64,000 bases of DNA, from positions 1,696,001-1,760,000 of the forward strand of contig OZ241875.1 of NCBI GenBank assembly GCA_965203325.1, written 5' to 3'. Below the pieces are notes generated by a model. It did not search any database. It was given only the letters and a program-made list of their open reading frames with translations, and was not told where the DNA came from. The stretch comes from a bacterium. Lineage in GTDB: Bacteria > UBA8248. The position numbers and the translations under genes were made by a program. Position 1 is the stretch's first letter, and every line of letters starts with the position of its first letter. Shown here piece after piece: positions 26,830 to 36,455 of this stretch.

Positions 26830-27272
26830 CGGACAACCACGGGGGGGTTGTCCCTACGGAAACCGCGTGTATTGAAACGAACCCGTAGGGGCGGCCCCCC
26901 GTGGCCGCCCTGCCCCCGTGTGGTCACCCGGTTTCGGGTTTTGGCCGTCATTCCGGCGAAAGCCGGAATCCATTTTCGCCTTTGCCTTTTCGCCTTCCCG
27001 TTCGGACGTTTTCGCTCCCGGGCCAATAAAATCAGAATCGAAGCCAAAAACGAAAGGCGAATTCTCTGGATTCCCGCATCCGGACGCCGCGCATCAACAA
27101 GGTCGTGACCGCCCTGCCCGGTAAAAAGTCAAAATGGATTCCGGCTTTCGCCGGAATGACGGTGGTTTATCTCGGTCGATGAGGTAAATAACAAGGACAG
27201 GTCGCGACCTGTCCCTACAGACGCCATGTAAATCGCCAGGGACCTCGGACAGGCACAGGGGCCTGTCCCTAC
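26830..27272. repeat. REP-like cluster including a family A element (26947-27160)
   Basis: Same motifs as the other clusters; last such cluster in the window. Confidence 0.8.
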
Positions 27273-27809
27273 GGGTAGCTTATCCTCCCCTCTCGAAATC
27301 GACCCGCATTTCCCCGCAATTGCCGTCATTCCCGAAACAGCGGACTGCGCTATCGTGCGCGCGACGCGGGGAAGCGGTTTCCCCGGCGGATCGAGACGCA
27401 GGGAGAGGAGGCTTTCTCATGGGATTCGGCGACGGGGCGAGGAAGAGTGACGAGAATGGACTCAGGAACGACACGGAAATGAAAATAATCATATTTCCCG
27501 TAAAATCAGATAAATTCACGATGTTTTTCGATAAATTTCTGAAAAATACCGTTCTCGTAAATCATTGTAATCATACAGGTTATCATTCAAATCTGAGCGC
27601 CCTGCACTAAGATTCAGCGATAAAAAAAGTTTTTCGCCTCCCGCGCATTTGCCCGCAACTGCCCGCATTCGGGCCCGCTGTCGGGAGCACCCCCATCCCC
27701 CCCGCCACCGCAACCGGCTCATACTGCGGCCCCGTATACGAAACGCCTTGTCTGGGCTATAATCGCCCCATCCAACCATCGGTATCCGCATCACCATGTG
27801 GAGGAAGAC

Positions 27810-29132
27810 ATGGACGATCTCAAACGACATGCCGTCGACTACCTCGACGGGCAGGCGGGCGAGGCGCGCGAAATCGCCCGCGAAATCTGGAACTTCGCGG
27901 AAATCGCTCTCGAGGAATTCAAGTCCGCGGAACTGCTCGAAGACGTGCTCGAGCAACACGGATTCGAGGTGCAGCGCGGGGTGGGCGACCTGCCCACCGC
28001 CTTCATCGCCAGGTGGGGCGATAGCGGCCCCGCCGTGGGAATACTCGGGGAATACGACGCGCTGCCCCACTGCGGGGATTCCCACGAGAAACAGGGCCAC
28101 GGCTGCGGGCACAACCTCTTCGGCACGGCGAGTTCCTACGCGGCGATTGCAGCGGCGCGCGCCCTGCGCGAATCGGGGACGAAGGGCCAAGTCGTCTGTT
28201 ACGGCTGCCCGGCGGAGGAGACCCTGGAGGGCAAGGTATACATGGCGCGCGACGGCGCGTTCGACGGCCTCGACGCGGCCGTCACCTGGCATCCCGGGGA
28301 TAAGAGCTTCACGCGGGGCGGCAGCACCAACGCGATGGACTCCATCGTCTTCGAGTTCTATGGCGAGACCGCCCACTCGGCCCGCGACCCCTGGAACGGC
28401 AGGAGCGCGCTAGACGGCGTGGAGATCATGAACTACGGCGTCAACATGATGCGCGAGCACGTCATCGAGCCGGTCAAGATCCACTACGTCATCACCGACG
28501 GCGGCGTGGCCCCCAACGTCGTGCCCTCCTACTCGCGCGTGTGGTACTACGTGCGCGCGCCCAAACGGGCGATGGTCAACGAACTGAGCGAGCGCGTTCG
28601 AAACTGCGCGAAAGCGGGCGCGCTGGCGTCGGGCACCACGATGAAGGAAACCCTCCTCACCGCCGTGTACGAGAATCTCCCCAACAGCGCCCTGGCCCAC
28701 TGCGTGCAGCGAAACCTCGAATTCGTGGGGGCGCACAGCTATTCGGACGAGGCGAAGGAATTCGCCCGCAAACTGGGCTACGAGACGCCGCTCTCGGAAG
28801 ATGTCTCCCCCCTCGACCCGGCGGACATCCGCCCGAGCAACGAGCGCGGCAACGTGAGCTGGCTCACGCCCCTGGGCAACCTGATGACAACCTGCCACGC
28901 GCCGGGGACGCCGGGGCATTCATGGCTCGCCACCCAGCAATACGGGATGGAAATCGGGGAGAAGGGCATGATGACCGCCGCCAAGACCATGGCGGCCACC
29001 GCGCTCGAACTCATCAGCGATGAGAACGTATTGAAGCAGGTGCGGGAGGAGTTCGAAGAGAAGACCAGAGGCTTTACCTACGACCCCATCATCCCCGAGG
29101 GGCAAAAACCAAACCCCCTGGGCATGAGGTAG
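27810..29132 (+). CDS. M20 amidohydrolase (AbgB-like)
   Basis: GEYDALP, GHGCGHNLFG, GCPAEE, WHP and GRSALD motifs. Confidence 0.9.
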   Translation: MDDLKRHAVDYLDGQAGEAREIAREIWNFAEIALEEFKSAELLEDVLEQHGFEVQRGVGDLPTAFIARWGDSGPAVGILGEYDALPHCGDSHEKQGHGCGHNLFGTASSYAAIAAARALRESGTKGQVVCYGCPAEETLEGKVYMARDGAFDGLDAAVTWHPGDKSFTRGGSTNAMDSIVFEFYGETAHSARDPWNGRSALDGVEIMNYGVNMMREHVIEPVKIHYVITDGGVAPNVVPSYSRVWYYVRAPKRAMVNELSERVRNCAKAGALASGTTMKETLLTAVYENLPNSALAHCVQRNLEFVGAHSYSDEAKEFARKLGYETPLSEDVSPLDPADIRPSNERGNVSWLTPLGNLMTTCHAPGTPGHSWLATQQYGMEIGEKGMMTAAKTMAATALELISDENVLKQVREEFEEKTRGFTYDPIIPEGQKPNPLGMR

Positions 29133-29178
29133 AAATCATCGGCGAATCATTGATCAACACGAACCAGGAGAGCACACC

Positions 29179-30018
29179 ATGAAATTCGGCGTCGCGATTT
29201 TCCCGACCGATTATTCCATCGCCCCGCACCGGGTCGCCAAAGAGGCGGAAGACCGGGGCTTCGAGTCCATCTTCTTCCCGGAGCACACCCACATCCCGGC
29301 GAGCCGGAAAACACCTTGGCCCGGCGGCGCGGAACTCCCGAAGGAATACTCCCACTCGCTCGATCTTTTCGTGGCGTTAGGCGCCGCGGCGGCCGCGACG
29401 GAAAAAATCATGCTCGGCACGGGCATCTGCCTCGTCATCGAGCGCGACCCCATCACCCTCGCCAACGAGGTGGCCTCGCTCGATCACATCTCGAACGGCC
29501 GCGTGCTTTTCGGGATCGGCGGCGGCTGGAACCGCGAGGAGATGGAGAACCACGGAACGAACTACCAGAAGCGCTGGATCGTCCTGCGCGAGCGCATCGA
29601 GGCGATGAAAGCCATCTGGACGGAGGATGAGGCGAGCTATCACGGCGATTTCGTGGATTTCGAGCGCATCTGGTCCTGGCCCAAGCCGGTACGGAAACCG
29701 CACCCGCCCATACTCGTGGGCGGAAACGGGGCGAGGACGCTCGAGCGCGTGATTCGCTACGGGGATGAGTGGATGCCGCTGCCGCGCGGGGGCCTGGACC
29801 TCGCGCCAAGGATTCAGGAACTTCAGGATATGGCCGCCAAGGCGGGGCGCCCACCCGTTCCGGTCACCATATTCTTCGCGCCCCCCGACCTGGAGCAGCT
29901 GCGCGCTTACGAGGACCTGGGAGTGGGCAGATGCCTGTTCCCCCTGCCCTCGGCGGAGGAAGACGTCATTTTGCCGAAACTCGACGAGTTGGCCGGCGTC
30001 GTGGCGCAATACGGCTGA
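29179..30018 (+). CDS. LLM-class (F420-dependent-type) oxidoreductase
   Basis: FPEHTHIP, GTGICLVIERDP, SLDHISNGR and GGGWNREE motifs. Confidence 0.88.
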   Translation: MKFGVAIFPTDYSIAPHRVAKEAEDRGFESIFFPEHTHIPASRKTPWPGGAELPKEYSHSLDLFVALGAAAAATEKIMLGTGICLVIERDPITLANEVASLDHISNGRVLFGIGGGWNREEMENHGTNYQKRWIVLRERIEAMKAIWTEDEASYHGDFVDFERIWSWPKPVRKPHPPILVGGNGARTLERVIRYGDEWMPLPRGGLDLAPRIQELQDMAAKAGRPPVPVTIFFAPPDLEQLRAYEDLGVGRCLFPLPSAEEDVILPKLDELAGVVAQYG

Positions 30019-30030
30019 CCCAAAGAAAAA

Positions 30031-30064
30031 AGCCCCCGGCTGGCTTGCGACCCCGCCGGGGGCT
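30031..30064. terminator. GC-rich hairpin between convergent genes
   Basis: AGCCCCCGGC...GCCGGGGGCT preceded by an A-tract. Confidence 0.6.
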
Positions 30065-30081
30065 GATGCGAGCAGACGCGC

Positions 30082-30546
30082 CTAGTGGCAGATGATCCCG
30101 TTTTTCTCGGCATATTGCTGGTGGTAGTCCTCGCCCATCCAGAATTGCGAGGCTTGCGTAATCTCGGTCACTATCGGGCCCCAATGACGCCCTGATTCCT
30201 CCTGCTCCTCCTTGGAAGCCTGCGCCGCGGCTTCCTGGTCGGGTGAGAAGAAATAAACCGCCGAGCGGTACTGGGTGCCCACGTCGGGCCCCTGGCGGTT
30301 CAGCGTGCACGGGTCGTGAATCCGCCAGAAAAGGTCCAAAAGCTCCTGATAGGAGACTTTTTCGGGCTCAAACTCCAGATAGACGACCTCCGCATGTCCC
30401 GTGCGGCCCGTGCATACTTCCCGGTAAGTGGGCTCGTCCTTCGCGCCGCCCGAGTACCCCACAGCGGTGTACGCCACGCCTTCCACCTTGCGGAACGCCG
30501 CCTCCACTCCCCAGAAACAACCTGCGCCGAACATGGCCTTTTCCAT
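30082..30546 (-). CDS. msrA: Peptide methionine sulfoxide reductase A
   Basis: GAGCFWG, TGHAE, QGPDVGTQYRS and EDYHQQY motifs. Confidence 0.95.
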   Translation of the reverse strand: MEKAMFGAGCFWGVEAAFRKVEGVAYTAVGYSGGAKDEPTYREVCTGRTGHAEVVYLEFEPEKVSYQELLDLFWRIHDPCTLNRQGPDVGTQYRSAVYFFSPDQEAAAQASKEEQEESGRHWGPIVTEITQASQFWMGEDYHQQYAEKNGIICH

Positions 30547-30573
30547 AAACGCTCCCTCGCTGAAAGAGAAGAA

Positions 30574-31671
30574 TTACAACTCTACTTCCACGCTCCCGGC
30601 CGGGCCTTCTATCACCTCGCCGAATACGGCGGCGGAAGCCACACCCGCCCCATGCAGTTCGTCCAAAAGCGCCCCCGCCTTGTCCGCATCCACCGCGATG
30701 ATGAGTCCGCCGGAGGTCTGCGCGTCGTTGAGCAGGGCGAGCATCTCCTCATCGACGCCCGGTTTCGCCTCGACGAAGGGCTTCGTCCACAGGCGGTTGC
30801 GATCGCCACCCCCCGCCGTGCCCGCAACCGCGTGGGGGAGCAAGTCATCGAACCGGGGCACATCGGAGAAAACGACCCGCGCCCGCGCACCGCTGGCCTC
30901 CATCACGTTGTGCAGATGACCCAGGAGGCCGAAACCGGTCACGTCCGTACAGGCGTTCACGCCCACGCGCATCATGCACTCGCTCGCATTTTTGTTCAGC
31001 GTCTTCATCGAATCCACCGCCTCTTCGAACACGCCGTCTTGGAGTTTTCCGTTTTTCCCGAAAATGCCGCGCGCAGCCTTAAGCACCGGGTTCACCTGCT
31101 TCGTCACGTTGGTAACGACGCCGGTGCCGATTTTCTTCGTCAAAACGAGCTTATCACCGGGTTTCGCCCCCTGGTTCGTCACCATCTTCCTGGGGTCGAC
31201 GGTTCCCGTGACGGCGATGCCGTATTTGGGCTCCACGTCGTCCACGCTGTGGCCACCCACGATGACGCCGCCCGCCTCTCGCATCTTGTCCGCGCCCCCG
31301 GCCAGGATTCTCCCCAGCACATCCAGACCGATATGGCAGGGGAACCCCACCAGGTTCAGCCCGGTGATCGGCTGCGCGCCCATGGTAAAGCAATCGCTCA
31401 GCGCGTTGGCCGCGGCTATCTGGCCATAGGCGTAAGCGTCGTCCACGATGGGGGTGAAGAAATCCACCGTCTGGACGATGGCCAGGTCCTCCCTGAGCCG
31501 ATACACGCCCGTGTCGTCCCCGGCGTTCGTGCCGTAGAGTAGGTTCGGGTCCGAAAACGGCTCAAACTGGCTCAAAGCCTCTCGCAGGTCCTCCGGACCC
31601 AGTTTCGAACCTCACCCGCCCGCCTTGACCATCCGGGTAAGCTGTACTTTTCTCTCCGATGCCGTTGCCAT
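30574..31671 (-). CDS. selD: Selenide, water dikinase SelD (selenocysteine-containing)
   Basis: ATG 31671 gives MATASERKVQLTRMVKAGG-U(TGA 31612-14)-GSKLGP, in frame with DDTGVY, TVDFFTP, AANALSD, TDVTGFGLLGH and DAQTSGGL. Confidence 0.93.
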
Positions 31672-31803
31672 TCCCTCTCCTGAAACCCAGACGCGGCTTG
31701 GGAAAATTCCCGTCCGGGGGGATAATAATACATCTTCAGATGATTAACAAAAAACTGATTTCTATCCCCCGTTTCCAATGAATGGACCAGAAAGGACCCC
31801 TGA

Positions 31804-32772
31804 ATGAAAGTCGTGATTTCAGACGATTATCAAGACTGCATCCGACACCTCGAGTGTTTCTCCAAGATGGCGGGGCACGATGTGACCATCCACAACGACA
31901 CGCTCGACGAGGTCGACGCACTCGCAGAGCGGTTCCGGGACGCAGAAGCCATCGTCCTGATCCGGGAACGAACCCACATCACGGAAGAACTGCTCAACAG
32001 ACTCCCCCATCTCAAAATCGTGAGTCAGACGGGCGCAGGCTTCGGCGGGCACGTCGACCTGGAAGCATGCACGCGCCACAAGGTGGCCGTGGCCGCAGGC
32101 GGCACCGGTACGCATTCGACATGTGAACTCACCTGGGGCCTCATCCACTGCGCCATGCGCTCCATCCCCCAGGAGATCAGGAATTTGGCGGAGGGCGGCT
32201 GGCAAACCACACTGGGCGAGGATCTCTACGGCAACACGCTCGGTGTGTATTCCTACGGCAACATCGGCAGCCAGGTGGCCGCCGTGGGGAAAGCGTTCGG
32301 CATGAACGTCATCACCTACGGGAGAGAGGGCTCCGCCGAACGCGCCCGCGCTGACGGCGTTCCGATGGCCGACAGCAAAGAAGCGCTCTTCGCGGAGTCC
32401 GACATCGTGAGCCTCCACATCCGCCTGATCCCCCAGACGAGGGGCATCGTGACGGCGAAGGATTTGAGCCTCATGAAACCGACCGCCCTTTTAGTGAACA
32501 CCAGCCGCGCGGGGCTGATAGAAGAAGGAGCGCTCGAAGCGGCGCTCAAGGCCGGAAGACCCGGATTCGCCGCCGTGGATGTCTATGAAAAAGAGCCGGT
32601 TCGAGGGGCCGAACATCCACTCCTAGGCATGGAGAACGTGGTTTGCACACCGCATCTGGGCTACGTCACGCGCGGCACGTTCGAGAGGTATTTCGGTATC
32701 GCTTTCGATCAAATCAACGCCTTCGCCGACGGGCAACCGATAAACATCCACAACCCTGAAGTCCTGGATTGA
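31804..32772 (+). CDS. D-2-hydroxyacid dehydrogenase family protein
   Basis: LIRERT, NTSRAG, DVYEKEP and TPHLGYV motifs. Confidence 0.9.
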   Translation: MKVVISDDYQDCIRHLECFSKMAGHDVTIHNDTLDEVDALAERFRDAEAIVLIRERTHITEELLNRLPHLKIVSQTGAGFGGHVDLEACTRHKVAVAAGGTGTHSTCELTWGLIHCAMRSIPQEIRNLAEGGWQTTLGEDLYGNTLGVYSYGNIGSQVAAVGKAFGMNVITYGREGSAERARADGVPMADSKEALFAESDIVSLHIRLIPQTRGIVTAKDLSLMKPTALLVNTSRAGLIEEGALEAALKAGRPGFAAVDVYEKEPVRGAEHPLLGMENVVCTPHLGYVTRGTFERYFGIAFDQINAFADGQPINIHNPEVLD

Positions 32773-32879
32773 GGGCTTTTTTGCGCCCGATCCCGCATAC
32801 GGCTTGATTTTTCGAGCGTGGCGGTGTTCAATCGCCTTCCGGAATCAGGAAGTCCCCTTGACGATCGAGGTTCACCGGT

Positions 32880-34022
32880 TTGGATTTCGCCTTCAACGAG
32901 CGCCAGGAACTCATGCGCCGCACGCTGCATGAGCTTTTAGAACGGGTTTGCCCTACTGAATACGCAATGGATTGCGACAAGAGGGGCGAAGCCCCCGTCG
33001 ATGCGTATAAAGCCCTGGCCGATGACGGGTGGATAGGTGTGTCCACACCCGAAGAATACGGTGGCATGGGAGGCGATGCGCTGGATTTGGCCCTCGTCCT
33101 CGAAACCGCTGGGATGCACTACCTGGACCTCGCCACCATGATCTTCAGAAACGTCTGCTACGGTGTGGACGCCCTTCTCCTCAGTGGAACGAACGCCCAG
33201 AAAAAAGATTTCATCCCCGCCACTATCCAGGGGGAGAAGTATTTCGCGTTCAGCCTTACCGAGCCGGACGCTGGTTCCGACGCTGCTGCTATCATCGCCC
33301 GCGCGGACCGGGAAGAAGACCGCTTCCGCCTCACGGGCACCAAAAACTTCACCTCCGGCATGCCGACGGCCACGCATATCCTCGTCGCTGCGAGAACAGA
33401 CAACTCGGGCGCCAAGCACGAGGGCATCACGAACTTCATCATCCCCGCCGACGCCGAGGGCGTCACCTGGTCGAAGCTCGACTTGCTCGGCCACCGGGCG
33501 ATGGGCACGTGTGTGGTGCATTATGACGCCGTGGAGGCGAGCGAAGTCGATGTTCTGGGAGAAGTGGGAGACGGCTGGCAGGGTCTCATGGCCTACATCA
33601 CCACGGAGCGCCTGTGCCTCTCTGCGGCGCGCACGGGGGCGGCGGCGGCGGCGCTCGAGCTGGCTCTCAATCACGCGAAGGAGAGGAAGCAGTTCGGCCG
33701 CCCCATCGGCAAGTTCCAAGCCGTGAGCCACATGCTCACCGAAATGCACATGCTCGTCGACACGGCGAGGCTGCAGGTCTACCGGTTCGCCTGGCTGGTC
33801 TCGCAGGGAAAGGCGGGGCGAATCGAAGCGGCGACGCTCAAGCTCTATGCCGGAGAGGCGTATAAGCAGGTGGCCGACCTGGGCGTTCAGGTGATGGGCG
33901 GGTACGGCTACAGCGGAGAATACGCCATGGAGCGCCACTACCGCGACGCGCGGCTGGCCACGATCGGCGCGGGCACGAGCGAGGTGCAAAGAAACATCAT
34001 CGCCAAGGCGCTGGGGCTGTAG
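32880..34022 (+). CDS. Acyl-CoA dehydrogenase
   Basis: FSLTEPDAGSD, RKQFGRPIGKFQ and QVMGGYGY..EY.MERHYRD motifs. Confidence 0.93.
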   Translation: MDFAFNERQELMRRTLHELLERVCPTEYAMDCDKRGEAPVDAYKALADDGWIGVSTPEEYGGMGGDALDLALVLETAGMHYLDLATMIFRNVCYGVDALLLSGTNAQKKDFIPATIQGEKYFAFSLTEPDAGSDAAAIIARADREEDRFRLTGTKNFTSGMPTATHILVAARTDNSGAKHEGITNFIIPADAEGVTWSKLDLLGHRAMGTCVVHYDAVEASEVDVLGEVGDGWQGLMAYITTERLCLSAARTGAAAAALELALNHAKERKQFGRPIGKFQAVSHMLTEMHMLVDTARLQVYRFAWLVSQGKAGRIEAATLKLYAGEAYKQVADLGVQVMGGYGYSGEYAMERHYRDARLATIGAGTSEVQRNIIAKALGL

Positions 34023-34115
34023 GAATCTCGCCGAGGATACTTGATGATTCCTCCTAAAGAGCCGAAACTAAAGACTACCCGAACGATAAAGTGATTTTCA
34101 TGAGGAACTGACTTC

Positions 34116-34583
34116 ATGCCGTTGGATAAAAGCGTACTGGAGAGAACATTCCCCGAGTTCGAGTTCCGGGTCGAGCGCGGGAAAATCAGGGAATATGCCC
34201 TCGTCCTGGGGCTTACCGACCCGGTACATACGGATTTGGAAGCTGCCAAAGCCGCGGGTTTTGACGATCTACTCGCTCCGCCCACATTCGTGCGCCAGTT
34301 CTGGCACGAAAATACAGATAACGACCCCATGCCGCATCTGGGCTACGACCCCAAACGGCGCCTCCACGGGGAGCAGGAATTCGAATACCACAAGCCCCTC
34401 GTCGCCGGCATGAACTTAAAGGGAAGAAACGCCATCGTCTCCACCCGAGAGAAAGAAGGGCGCCGGGGCGGGATGATGACCTTCGTCGTCATCGAAACGA
34501 GGTTCGTGGACGAGGCGGGCGAACTGGTTCAGGTGGCGAGGCGCACCCTCATCGAAACCGCGGCACCTCCCAAAGAGGCCTGA
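34116..34583 (+). CDS. MaoC-type dehydratase N-terminal-like subunit
   Basis: VERGKIREYA, APPTF and LHGEQEFEY motifs. Confidence 0.85.
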   Translation: MPLDKSVLERTFPEFEFRVERGKIREYALVLGLTDPVHTDLEAAKAAGFDDLLAPPTFVRQFWHENTDNDPMPHLGYDPKRRLHGEQEFEYHKPLVAGMNLKGRNAIVSTREKEGRRGGMMTFVVIETRFVDEAGELVQVARRTLIETAAPPKEA

Positions 34584-34595
34584 TGGAGCGCGAAC

Positions 34596-35027
34596 ATGAC
34601 GACGACTTTAGAGTACGCAAAATGGGAAGAACTCCTCGAGGGTTCCGAGCGCGAACTGACGGTCGGACCCATCACCCGCACGGACCTCGTACGCTACGCG
34701 GGCGCAAGCGGAGATTTCAACCCCAACCACCACGATGAGATTTACGCCATCAGGGCGGGGTTCGACAAACCCTTCGCGCACGGGATGCTCCAGGGTGGAT
34801 ATCTCGCCCGCCTTCTCAGTGAATGGCTGGGGCCTGATTCTTTCAAGAACCTGAAAATTCGCTTCAGCGCGCAGGCATGGCCGGGCGACATGGTGATTTG
34901 CAAGGCCAGGATCGTGCGTCAATATGAAGAAGATGGAAAACGGTTGGTGGAAATCGAGGCAAGCGCCGAGAACCAGCGCGGCGACGTGCTCATCAAAGCG
35001 ACGGCGACGGCCGCTCCCCGAATTTAA
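34596..35027 (+). CDS. MaoC-family dehydratase
   Basis: YAGASGDFNPNHHD and AHGML motifs. Confidence 0.88.
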   Translation: MTTTLEYAKWEELLEGSERELTVGPITRTDLVRYAGASGDFNPNHHDEIYAIRAGFDKPFAHGMLQGGYLARLLSEWLGPDSFKNLKIRFSAQAWPGDMVICKARIVRQYEEDGKRLVEIEASAENQRGDVLIKATATAAPRI

Positions 35028-35043
35028 TGTAAGGATTTCTCTA

Positions 35044-36255
35044 ATGCTGGCAGGCTACCGCATCCTCGATCTCGGGCAGGTCATCGCCGGAACCATCGGC
35101 AGCATGATTCTCGCCGATATGGGGGCCGAGGTCATCAAGGTCGAATCTCCCCAGGGAGACATCGGGCGCAACCCCGCCATTGCGGGCATCGGCCCCGTTT
35201 CGAGCATCTTTCTCACCTTCAACCGGGGTAAGAAGGGTATCGTCATCGACCTGAAAAAACCCGAAGGCAAGGAAGTGTTTCTGGACCTGGTGGAGAAATC
35301 AGACGCCGTGATGGTGAATTTCCGGCCCGGCACGATGAAGCGGCTGGGTCTTGGATACGACGTCATGAAGCAGAGGAACCCCGATATCGTGTTCGTCGAC
35401 TCGAGCGGATACGGGGAACAAGGCCCCTGGCGCGATAAACCCGCTTTCGATCTGGTCGAGCAGGCCGTAAGCGGCCACATGGCCATCACAGGCGAGCCGA
35501 ACCGCCCGCCCGCCAGAAACGGATCGCCCACGGCGGATATCTCCACCGCCCTCTATACCGCCATCGCCTGCATGGCGGGCCTGTTGGCCAAGGCGAAAGG
35601 AAGAAGCGGAACGCACCTTGAAGTGCCGATGTTCGACGTTCAACTCGCCATGCTCGGCTATATCTCGACCATGTATCTCAACAACGGCGACATACCAGAG
35701 CCGCCCGGCAACGCCCATGAGTACATGGTGCCCTACCAGGCATTCCCGACGGCCACGATCTACATTGTGCTCTCTCCACGCGAGGAGCGCTTCTGGAAAA
35801 AAATGTGCGAGGTCATGGGAATGGATGAGCTGGCGGATGACCCGCGCTTTAAGACAAACGACCTGCGCTCCGAGAACAGAGACGTCCTTCTCCCCATCAT
35901 GGAAGAGATTCTGATGACTCGCCCGGGCGAGGAGTGGATTGAACTCTTCGAGGCGGCGGGGGTTCCCTCCGCACCCGTGAACCCGCTCGATCGCGCGCTT
36001 GACAACGAGCAGGTCGAGGCAAGGCGCCTCATCCGCGAATATGATTACCCCGAAGTCGGAACAGTAAAAATCGTGGGCAACCCCATCCTGAATCGCACGG
36101 CAAACGGAAACCCTGACCCGGAACCCGCTCCCCTTCACGGGGGCGATACCGAGGACATACTCCGCGATCTACTCCTTTATACGAATGAACAAATCCACGC
36201 ACTCATCGAATCGAAGGTCGTTATGGCTGCAGGCTCCGAAGTTTCCAGGAAATAG
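35044..36255 (+). CDS. CaiB/BaiF family III CoA-transferase
   Basis: LADMGAEVIKVE, NRGKK and NFRPG motifs. Confidence 0.92.
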   Translation: MLAGYRILDLGQVIAGTIGSMILADMGAEVIKVESPQGDIGRNPAIAGIGPVSSIFLTFNRGKKGIVIDLKKPEGKEVFLDLVEKSDAVMVNFRPGTMKRLGLGYDVMKQRNPDIVFVDSSGYGEQGPWRDKPAFDLVEQAVSGHMAITGEPNRPPARNGSPTADISTALYTAIACMAGLLAKAKGRSGTHLEVPMFDVQLAMLGYISTMYLNNGDIPEPPGNAHEYMVPYQAFPTATIYIVLSPREERFWKKMCEVMGMDELADDPRFKTNDLRSENRDVLLPIMEEILMTRPGEEWIELFEAAGVPSAPVNPLDRALDNEQVEARRLIREYDYPEVGTVKIVGNPILNRTANGNPDPEPAPLHGGDTEDILRDLLLYTNEQIHALIESKVVMAAGSEVSRK

Positions 36256-36455
36256 CCGCGCCCGTCATCGCCGGCGCAATTATCGAACTTAAAAACCCTC
36301 ACTTCCCCCTTCCCTATTGAAAACACTCCCGGCGGAATTCCGGAATAAATGTAGAATTTCACAAGATTTTGCCGATTCGGGGTTGATTTCGTTATATTTT
36401 CGTTATATATTTCGCTTTATCTTTGCTACTCCACGAGACAACCCGGAGAAATGCC

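Noticed and set aside
3160..27272. Repeat clusters as CRISPR arrays
   Set aside because: Units vary in sequence, orientation and spacing; there is no regular repeat-spacer period and no cas genes.
30082..30546. MsrA as another selenoprotein
   Set aside because: The active site is GCFWG with a Cys codon and no in-frame TGA.
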